A stretch of DNA of 7,976 nucleotides from Octopus sinensis (taxonomy: Eukaryota). Under the pieces are notes generated by a model that searched no databases, was not told where the DNA came from, and saw nothing but the letters and a program-made list of their open reading frames with translations. The DNA is taken from positions 1-7,976 of the forward strand of contig NW_021827862.1 in assembly GCF_006345805.1 (NCBI RefSeq), read 5' to 3'. This document shows, piece by piece, positions 1 to 6,870 of this stretch. Position numbers and translations under genes: made by a program. Position 1 is the stretch's first letter. Every line of letters begins with the position of its first letter.

Positions 1-111
1 GAACGTTCCTCATCTCCGTCTGGTACTTCATTCCTTACTGTGGCCTTGATATTGTTGCTCGCTTGTTTTCAAAAGAAACCTTGTTCCCTGAAATCAGAAG
101 ACGCATATATT

Positions 112-928
112 TATTTCTTTACTACCCACAAGGGGCTAAACGCAGAGGGGGTAACAAACAAGGACAGACAAAGGAAATAAGTCGATTACATCGACCCCAG
201 TGCGAAACTGGTACTTATTTTATCGACCCCGAGAGGATGAAAGGCAAAGTCGACCTCGGCGGAATTTGAACTCGGAACGTAACGACAGACGAAATACGTA
301 TTTCTTTATTACCCACAAAGGGCTAAACACAGAGGGGACAAACAAGGACAGACAAAGGAAATAAGTCGATTACGTATTTCTTTATTACCCACAAGGGGCT
401 AAACACAGAGGGGACAAACAAGGACAGACAAAGGAAATAAGTCGATTACGTATTTCTTTACTACCCACAAGGGGCTAAACGCAGAGGGGCAACAAACAAG
501 GACAGACAAGGAAATAAGTCGATTACATCGAGCCCAGTGCAAAACTGGTACTTATTTTATCGACCCCGAGAGGATGAAGGCAAAGTCGACCTCGGCGGAA
601 TTGAACTCGGAACGTACGACAGACGAAATACGTATTTCTTTATTACCCCAAAGGGCTAAACACAGAGGGGACAAACAAGGACAGACAAAGGAAATAAGTC
701 GATTACGTATTCTTTATTACCCACAAGGGGCTAAACACAGAGGGGACAAACAAGGACAGACAAAGGAAATAAGTCGATTATATCGACCCCAGTGCGTAAC
801 TGGTACTTAATTTATCGACCCCGAGAGGATGAAAGGCAAAGTCGACCTCGGCGGAATTTGAACTCGGAACGTAACGACAGACGAAATACGGCAACGCATT
901 TCGCCCGGCGTGCTAACGTTTCTGCCAG
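112..928 (-). mobile_element. tRNA-derived SINE, family F1 (Deu/Nin-like central domain), internally multimerised; order on + strand is A-B-A-A-A-B-A-A-B-head
   Basis: The ~76-bp tail module A starts at 112, 299, 375, 451, 633 and 708. The ~108-bp core module B starts at 190, 527 and 782. The head lies at 891-928. The minus strand reads CTGGCAGAAACGTTAG (A-box-like) ... GAGTTCAAATTCC (B-box) ... GCCTTTCATCCTCTCGGGGTCGATAAA (Deu/Nin-like, from recall). It is flanked by an imperfect 17-bp direct repeat, CAGAAGACGCATATATT (95-111) / CAGAAGATACATATATT (926-942). Confidence 0.88.
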
Positions 929-1055
929 AAGATACATATATTAACACATACATACACAACACCCCGCTCCCCCACCACATCTGTAAAATCTATATAAAAC
1001 TAGTTAAAAATCTATAAAGCAGATTTTTCTGAATTTAAAAGTTGAATGAATATAT

Positions 1056-1295
1056 GTTTCTTTACTGCCCACAAGGAGCTAAACACAGAGGGGACAAACA
1101 AGGACAGACAAAGGAATTAAGTCGATTACAACGACCCCAGTTGCGAAACTGGTACTTTATTTATCGACCCCGAAAGGATGAAAGGTAAAGTCGACCCGGC
1201 GGAATTTGAACTCAGAACGTAACGGCAGACGAAATACGGCTACGCATTTCGCCCGGCGTGCTAACGTGTCTGCCAGCTCGCCGCCTTTATTATAT
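1056..1295 (-). mobile_element. Full-length monomeric F1 SINE with perfect target-site duplication
   Basis: Same head-B-A sequence as 708-928, with an intact 5' end GGCGGCGAGCTGGCAG. The perfect 16-bp TSD AGTTGAATGAATATAT lies at 1040-1055 and 1296-1311. Confidence 0.92.
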
Positions 1296-1392
1296 AGTTG
1301 AATGAATATATTTCCACCACTTTGCTGTTTTTTTTTCCTTCTACGAAATAAGAAGATAAATTATGGAAGTGTTATTTTAATGAGTTGTACCA

Positions 1393-1505
1393 TTTATCAC
1401 TTGATGAGACACATCTTCACTGCTGGTTGCTCCTGACCCAGTTGTTAAGAGTTCCACCCGTGAGGGATCGATTCTAGATGTGTCAAAGCAACTGTCGTGA
1501 TTAAA
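1393..1505 (+). ncRNA. Degenerate type-I hammerhead-ribozyme-like motif with long stem II
   Basis: Stem I ATCAC (1396-1400)/GTGAT (1497-1501). Core TTGATGA (1401-1407). Stem II GACACATCT (1408-1416)/AGATGTGTC (1476-1484). AAAG (1485-1488) replaces GAAA. Short stem III CA-AC-TG, then a GTC triplet ending at 1496. Confidence 0.45.
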
Positions 1506-1554
1506 TAATAAATTCTCATATATTCGTCTTGTGTTTTTCATTTACCATATATAT

Positions 1555-1643
1555 ACACTCACAAACGCCCGGTCTGGGAATCGAAACCGCGATCTTACGA
1601 CCGCGAGTCCGCTGCCCTAACCACTGGGCCATTGCGCCTCCAC
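1555..1643 (-). mobile_element. tRNA-like SINE head, family F2 (3' part missing)
   Basis: The minus strand reads GGAGGCGCAATGGCCCAGTGGTTAGGGCAGCGGACTCGCGGTCGTAAGATCGCGGTTTCGATTCCCAGACCGGGCG, with A- and B-box-like motifs. A closely similar copy is at 5604-5726 (+). Confidence 0.8.
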
Positions 1644-1675
1644 ACAACACACACACACACACACACACACATACA
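1641..1675. repeat. (CA)n microsatellite
   Basis: Direct reading. Confidence 0.95.
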
Positions 1676-1724
1676 TTGATGATCAATGGCTGGAATCTAT
1701 AAATATTTCAATGTTGCTACTGCA

Positions 1725-1885
1725 GGCGCAGGAGTGGCTGTGTGGTAAGTAGCTTGCTAACCAACCACATGGTTCTGGGTTCAGTCCCACTGCGTGGCAC
1801 CTTGGGCAAGTGTCTTCTACTATAGCCTCGGGCCGGCCAAAGCCTTGTGAGTGGATTGGTAGACGGAAACTGAAAGAAGCCTGTC

Positions 1886-1886
<1 letters not shown>
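1725..1886 (+). mobile_element. tRNA/CORE-like SINE head (F3), 5' half of the bipartite F3/F4 SINE
   Basis: GGCGCAGGAGTGGCTGTGTGG (A-box-like), GGGTTCAGTCCC (B-box-like) and CCTTGGGCAAGT (CORE-like). It matches 6453-6616 (-) and 6871-7017 (+). Confidence 0.9.

Positions 1887-1930
<44 letters not shown>
1887..1930. repeat. (TA)22 microsatellite, the internal tract of the F3/F4 SINE
   Basis: 44 bp of perfect TA directly after the F3 head, at the same position as the tract in 6871-7275. Confidence 0.95.
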
Positions 1931-1933
<3 letters not shown>

Positions 1934-2430
1934 TATTATAAAAGGCAGATTTTATCTGCCTCCCTTTGGGAGTTTATACAAATCTACAATATAGGATTTC
2001 TTCAATTACAATTTACCTAGCAGTTTTAAGAGTACAATGCATCGCGTCATGCCAGGTCCATTTTTAAAATTTAAATTCCAATTAGCAAAATTTACAGAAA
2101 ACTCACATTCTGGTGTGGTGTCAAATGCTTTTCTTAGTCTGGTTTACACCACACGCAAACGCACACACACAGTGGGCAACGAATAAAATGAAAGTAATTG
2201 ACTTACTGTAGTGAGTGATTCTTTCACTCTGCTTCCCACTTCCTCTTTCCACACATACACACGCAAATATATAAATAAAATTGTAAGCTAACGTGCGTGT
2301 GTGTGAGTGGGTGTGTGTGGATGTGCGCGTGTGTGTGTGTGTGTGTGTGAGGGTGCGTGTGTGTGTGTGTGCGTGGGCGTGAGTGTGTGATAGGAAAGTT
2401 TTTACGACGAATATAAACCCTATATCCAAG
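1931..2430 (+). mobile_element. Putative non-autonomous Helitron-like element, 5' portion; no 3' terminus of its own found
   Basis: It starts A|TCTTATTATAAAAG, closely resembling A|TCTTTATATATAAAAG at 3548. It sits at an A|T in a TA tract. The right boundary is approximate. Confidence 0.45.
2293..2389. repeat. Imperfect (GT)n microsatellite
   Basis: Direct reading. It is the source of the HT/TH-rich ORFs 2121-2429 and 2224-2502. Confidence 0.93.
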
Positions 2431-2438
2431 TAGCAAAA

Positions 2439-2716
2439 AGATAAGACAGTAAGGTGATTTGAGGGAGATTTGGCTGCTATTTCTACCAGGTCTAGCTGCC
2501 ATGTAGGGTCTCCCTCATAGGCTCATACATACATATATACAGATAAGACAGTAAGGTGTGATTTGGGGGAAATTTTGGCTGCTATTTCTACCAGGTCTAG
2601 CTACCATGTAGAGGTCCCCCTCATTGGCTCATATATATATACATACATAAGACAGTAAGGTGTGATTTGAGGGAGATTTGGCTGCTGTTTCTACCAGGTC
2701 TGTTAGGCCTCCTCAT
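2439..2716. repeat. ~102-104-bp tandem repeat, about 2.6 copies
   Basis: ATAAGACAGTAAGGTG...GAGGGAGATTTGGCTGCTATTTCTACCAGGTCT starts at 2441, 2543 and 2647. The first two units end in a short TA/CA tract, and the third has an internal deletion. Confidence 0.9.
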
Positions 2717-2758
2717 GTAAACTCAAGCTTTCTCATGCCTTGACCAAAGCAGAGAATG

Positions 2759-2975
2759 TATTCTTTTATTCTTCTGCTTTTTCCAGCCATTGGTCTGTGG
2801 CCATGCTGGGGCAATGCCTTGAAGAATTGTAGTTTAATGAATCAACTCCACTTTTATTTTTGTAAGCATTGTACTTATTCTATCTGTTTCCTTTCAAACC
2901 ACTAGGTGACAGGATGTAAAACAAACCAACATTCGTTGTCAAGCAGTGGTGGAGGACAATCACAAGCACAGACAC
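2759..2975 (-). mobile_element. Old diverged F4-type SINE body
   Basis: GGCCATGCTGGGGCA, GTACTTATTCTATC and GTTGTCAAGC..GGACAA align in order to 6185-6392, with many transitions. The tail TATTCTTTTATTCTT is at 2759. Confidence 0.75.
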
Positions 2976-3012
2976 GCACACACACACACCATACATGCAT
3001 ACCCATATACAC

Positions 3013-3047
<35 letters not shown>

Positions 3048-3066
3048 TATGTGTGTATATATATAT
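2975..3066. repeat. Compound (CA)/(TACA)/(TA) microsatellite
   Basis: Direct reading. It is the source of four overlapping low-complexity ORFs. Confidence 0.93.
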
Positions 3067-3380
3067 TGCAGCGTGGAAGGTGTTTGTAAGCCATTTAAGA
3101 AACACACAAAAACCGTTACATTCACTTCACATTTAAATTTAATTTGCCAAAATATTTTCGTCGCTTTGAGACCGCGACCTGTTCACTGACAAAAATATCG
3201 TGCTAACAGGTCGCGGTCTCAAAGCGATGAAAATATTTGACAAATTAAATTAAATGTTGAAGTGAATCTAACGGTTTTGTGTTTTCTTAATGGCTTATAA
3301 ACACCTTCAACGCTGCACTGTTTTCGTTCCAGCACACGATCTCAGATCAAGTCACTTGCTATGCAAGTACATCTCTGTAA
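3067..3380. mobile_element. Foldback element (arms 3067-3183 and 3205-3317), most likely a Penelope-like retroelement fragment with an inverted partial pLTR; a MITE is the alternative
   Basis: The arms are 117 and 113 bp with about 11 differences by hand alignment. No TSD is visible. Non-repetitive sequence continues beyond the right arm to ~3380. A minimal hammerhead-like motif spans the inner end of the left arm. Confidence 0.6.
3143..3193 (-). ncRNA. Minimal type-I hammerhead-ribozyme-like motif with variant core (G3...C8)
   Basis: The minus strand reads TTTGTCA-GTGAACA-G-GTCGC-GGTCTCAAA-GCGAC-GAAA-ATAT-TT-TGGCAAA. That gives a 7-bp stem I, a 5-bp stem II and a palindromic AATATT stem III. 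Confidence 0.55.
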
Positions 3381-3381
3381 C

Positions 3382-3425
3382 TATATATATATTTATATAT
3401 ATATAATATATATATATATATATAG

Positions 3426-3463
<38 letters not shown>

Positions 3464-3478
3464 ATAATATATTATATA
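3382..3478. repeat. Interrupted (TA)n microsatellite
   Basis: Direct reading. Confidence 0.95.
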
Positions 3479-3547
3479 GTATATTGGTAAAAACAGTAAG
3501 ATAACAAAAGAAAGAAAGAGACCTCAATATTATGTAAATAGAGGAAA

Positions 3548-3954
3548 TCTTTATATATAAAAGTGAGGTTGTGTGTCTGTCTCCTACGATTTACATTCCT
3601 AACTACTCCCACATTTTGCGGTGCAGTTTACCAAAACCGGGTATCTTATAGTCGTGATTCATATCGAGACCGTCTGGGTATTAGCGCGCGTCTACGATGA
3701 GTCTACGATGAGTCTACGATTTAAAAAAAAAATAACCATCAATTTTTCCCATTTTAATCCATTTTTGACATATATAAGGGAAAGTAACTCTCTAAAATTT
3801 ATTATTAAATCTCAGAACGTAAAGCTACAGTAACAACCACACCCCTCCCCCTTGTGGTTAGCCATATTGAGATGGCTATTATACTTTACATCTCTAAAAA
3901 TGCTTAATAATTATTTCCCTTACAAACCCGAGCAACGCCGGGCGATGATGCTAG
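3548..3954 (+). mobile_element. Non-autonomous Helitron-like element, 407 bp
   Basis: 5' A|TC start. Subterminal GC-rich hairpin CCCG(A)GC-AAC-GC-CGGG (3927-3942), 8 nt before the terminal CTAG (3951-3954), which is followed by T. No TSD. Internal 11-bp repeat GTCTACGATGA x2.8 (3690-3720). Confidence 0.8.
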
Positions 3955-4166
3955 TATATATATTTATAGTGTGGGTGTGGTGTGTTTTGGTGTCTGTGTT
4001 TGTCCCCCTAGCATTGCTTGACAACCGATGGGTGTGGTTGTTTACGTCCCCGTCACTTAGCGTTTCGGCAAAGAGACCGATAGAATAAGTACTGGGCTTA
4101 CAAGGAATAAGTTACTCGACTAAAGGCGGTGCTCCAGCATGGCCGCAGTCAAATGACTGAAACAAG
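3955..4166 (+). mobile_element. F4 SINE body with upstream TA/GT tract and a 13-nt internal deletion; no adjacent head
   Basis: It matches 7055-7250 (CTAGCATTGCTTGACAACCGATG ... GGCGGTGCTCCAGCATGGCCGCAGTCAAATGACTG). CCCGGGGTCGAGT is missing between AGT microhomologies. Confidence 0.9.
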
Positions 4167-4219
4167 AGCTTTTATAGGCGTACTCAGGAACATTTCCTGT
4201 AGACGAACTTAAAGGATAT

Positions 4220-4424
4220 TGTGTATGTGTGTGCACGTGTGTGCGTGTGTGTGTGTGTCTTTGTGTCTGTGTTTGTCTCCCACTATTGTTTATATTCCCC
4301 GTAACTTAGCAGTTCAGCGCAAGAGACCAATAGAATAAGTACCAAGCTGAACAAAAAATACTTTTTCCAGACGGTGCTCCAGCATGGACACAATCTAATG
4401 ACCGAAACAAGTGAAAAACAAAAG
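4220..4424 (+). mobile_element. Diverged F4-type SINE body with upstream (GT)n
   Basis: GTGTCTGTGTTTGTC, CCCCGTAACTTAGC, AAGAGACCAATAGAATAAGTACC and CGGTGCTCCAGCATGG occur in the expected order, with internal deletions. Confidence 0.8.
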
Positions 4425-4635
4425 AATTATTTTTTAATTAATTTTAATTACGTAATTATCTTTCTATTACCTTTTAATTGAGTTGAATTTAATTTATTCC
4501 GATTTATATAAATTTATTTTCATTCTTATATTTTTTTTATTTCTAATTAATTTTAATTTAAGTTTTTAATTTAAGTCTTAATTATCTTAAACGTCAACCT
4601 TCAAATATTATTTTTCTAAGAAAAACAACCTCTTC

Positions 4636-4957
4636 TAAATAAAATATATTCCTTAGTAAATAATTTACTAATAAATAAAATATATTCCTTAGTAAATAAT
4701 TTACTAATAAATAAAATATATTCCTTAGTAAATAAATTACTAATAAATAAAATATATTCCTTAGTAAATAAATTACTAATAAATAAAATATATTCCTTAG
4801 TAAATAATTTACTAATAAATAAAATATATTCCTTAGTAAATAATTTACTAATAAATAAAATATATTCCTTAGTAAATAATTTACTAATAAATAAAATATA
4901 TTCCTTAGTAAATAATTTACTAATAAATAAAATATATTCCTTAGTAAATAATTTACT
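4636..4957. repeat. 36-bp minisatellite, ~9 copies
   Basis: The unit is TAATAAATAAAATATATTCCTTAGTAAATAATTTAC. TTCC recurs at 4649, 4685, 4721, 4757, 4793, 4829, 4865, 4901 and 4937. Copies 3 and 4 share one T>A variant. There are no spacers. Confidence 0.97.
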
Positions 4958-5061
4958 GATTATTTTCTTTCAGATTCTCATTAATTAACTTGTCATGGAC
5001 TTAAAACCGATATTAGAGTCAACATTGTACTAATGTCATTAAATAAAGAAAAAAAAAAGAA

Positions 5062-5392
5062 GGATCATTCCGTCGGTTGCGACGACGAGGGTCCCAGCTG
5101 ATACGATCAACGGAACAGCTTGCTCGTGAAATTAACGTGCAAGTGGCTGAGCGCTCCACAGACACGTGTACCCTTAACACGTAGTTCTCGGGGAGATTCA
5201 GCGTGACACAAAGTGTGACATGGCCTGACCCTTTGAAATACAGGTACAACTCATTTTGGCCAGCTGAGTAGACCGAAGCAGCGTGAAATAAAGTGTCTTG
5301 CTCAAGGACACAACGCGCCGCCGGGAATTGAACTCACGACCTTACCGATCATGAGCCGAATGCACCTGACTACTAAGTCACGCGCCTTCACA
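5062..5392 (-). mobile_element. tRNA-derived CORE-like SINE, family F5, apparently near full length
   Basis: The minus strand reads GTGAAGGCGCGTGACTTAGTAG (A-box-like), GAGTTCAATTCCC (B-box) and TTGTGTCCTTGAGCAAGACACTTTA (CORE-like), then a ~190-bp GC-balanced 3' region. No clean TSD. Confidence 0.78.
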
Positions 5393-5603
5393 ATGAAATA
5401 TGGTGACCTAAATAATATAACTTATGAGCAGCTATAAATATCTTTACTTCGTCTATTATTTGTTGAAATCGAAAGCAGTTTTACACGGTGGGAACTTTCT
5501 GTCAATTAAATCTGCTAATAAGCACACCTACACCTCCTTTGGGGCAATAATGTTAAGTTTACTACTGTGTATTAGCTTTAGTTGTTTGATATTTCCCATT
5601 TCA

Positions 5604-5726
5604 GTGGCGGCGCAATGGCCCAGTGGTTAGGGCAGCGGATTCGCGGCCGGAGTATCGCGGTTTCGATTCCCAGACCTGGCGTTGCGTGTGTTTATTGAGC
5701 GAAAACACCTAAAAGCTCCACGAGGC
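5604..5726 (+). mobile_element. F2 tRNA-like SINE head, cut at the 3' side
   Basis: Homologous to 1555-1643. It ends abruptly at the left arm of a 24-bp inverted repeat. Confidence 0.82.
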
Positions 5727-5940
5727 TTTATTAGCTAAACCTATTATATAGGTACTCTTTTACTTGTTTCAGTCATTTGACTGCGGCCATGCTGGAGCAC
5801 CGCCTTTATTCTTTGTAAGCCCAGTACTTATTCTATCGGTGTCTTTTGCCGAACCGCTAAGTGACGGGGACATAAACACCAGCATCAGTTGTCAAGCAAT
5901 GCTAGGTAATTTAATTTATATAATAGGTTTAGCTAATAAA
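5727..5940. repeat. Perfect 24-bp inverted repeat enclosing a SINE fragment
   Basis: TTTATTAGCTAAACCTATTATATA (5727-5750) is the exact reverse complement of TATATAATAGGTTTAGCTAATAAA (5917-5940). Confidence 0.93.
5753..5906 (-). mobile_element. 5'-truncated F4 SINE body with internal deletion
   Basis: It closely matches the body of 6185-6616 but lacks the segment containing GTCGAGCAAATCGACCCCGGGAC. Confidence 0.9.
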
Positions 5941-6116
5941 TAAATGATTATACAAATTTATTAAGATATCTTAATTGGTGCCCCAGCATGGCCGTCGGGC
6001 TAAAACATTTTTTTTAAGGATAGTAATATAAATTAATTTAAATATAATATATATATTTTACTTATTTATTATTCGAACTTATAATTCGGACTTAAATTTA
6101 TAGTAAATAGTCATTT
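5940..6116 (+). repeat. AT-rich segment duplicated at 6755-6872 plus 7275-7280
   Basis: The blocks ATAAATGATTATA, TAGTAATATAAATTAATTTAA, ATATATATTTTAC and AATTTATAGTAAATAG|TCATTT occur in the same order in both copies. Confidence 0.75.
5977..6007 (+). mobile_element. Very short SINE 3'-tail fragment
   Basis: GGTGCCCCAGCATGGCCG resembles the F4 tail motif GGTGCTCCAGCATGGCCG. It is absent from the paralogous AT-rich copy at 6755-6872. Confidence 0.55.
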
Positions 6117-6184
6117 AAAATTAAATGCTTACTTAAATTTATTTACCTATATGATACGTTTAGCTAATTTTTCCGTATACTATT

Positions 6185-6397
6185 TTACTCTTTTCTCTCT
6201 TTTACTTGTTTCAGTCATTTGACTGCGGCCATGCTGGAGCACCGCCTTTTAGTCGAGCAAATCGACCCCGGGACTTATTCTTTGTAAGCCCAGTACTTAT
6301 CCTATCGGTGTCTTTTGCCGAACCGCTAAGTAACGGGGACGTAAACATACCAGCATCGGTTGTCAAGCAATGCTAGGGGACAAACACAGACACACAA

Positions 6398-6436
<39 letters not shown>

Positions 6437-6616
6437 TATATATACATATATACAACGGGCTTCTTTCAGTTTCCGTCTACCAAATCCACTCACAAGGCAT
6501 TGACCGGCCCGAGGCTATAGCAGAAGACGCTTGCCCAAGATGCCACGCAGTGGGACTGAACCCGTAACCATGTGGTTGGTAAGCAAGCTACTTACCACAC
6601 AGCCTCTCCTGCACCT
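6185..6616 (-). mobile_element. Full-length bipartite F3/F4 SINE (head 6453-6616, microsatellite ~6391-6452, body 6185-6392)
   Basis: Reverse-complement homologue of 6871-7275, with a short AAAAGAGT-type repeated tail. Confidence 0.92.
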
Positions 6617-6870
6617 ATATGTATAAAACTTTATTTCTTTTTATGTTATTTATTTCTTGTAGATATAATTTAGTAGTATTAGTGTATAATGTACTACATT
6701 ATTATGTTATATTAATATATTTGAATAATTTTAAACTTAGATATTTTTTAATTCATAAATGATTATATATAATTTTATTCAGACTTATTAGTTATAGTAA
6801 TATAAATTAATTTAATATTATATATATATATTTTACGTAATAATTATTTGGAACTTAATTTATAGTAAAT

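Noticed and set aside
38-86. Possible 49-nt minus-strand exon (TTTCAG ... GTAAGG)
   Set aside because: Splice-like motifs alone are common by chance, and there is no supporting homology.
63-810. ORFs 63-269 and 574-810
   Set aside because: They are antisense read-through of the F1 SINE modules. The repeated peptide QGQTKEISRL mirrors the DNA repeat.
112-890. CRISPR-like repeat-spacer pattern
   Set aside because: The intervening segments are themselves repeated copies of module B, not unique spacers.
1555-1643. Functional tRNA gene (also 5604-5680 and the other heads)
   Set aside because: A- and B-boxes are present, but the acceptor and anticodon stems do not pair properly and the sequence continues into SINE sequence.
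2121-3189. Six ORFs rich in HT, YI and CV repeats
   Set aside because: They are translations of microsatellites and adjacent repeats.
3067-3317. Pre-miRNA or pure sequencing fold-back
   Set aside because: The arms are longer than a typical pre-miRNA stem, and they differ by substitutions as well as indels, which a fold-back read would not produce.
4178-4200. Small hairpin CAGGAA-CAT-TTCCTG
   Set aside because: A 6-bp stem is expected by chance, and no associated motif was found.
4636-4957. CRISPR array (36-bp repeat with dyad symmetry)
   Set aside because: The units are contiguous with no spacers, there are no cas genes, and the context is eukaryotic.
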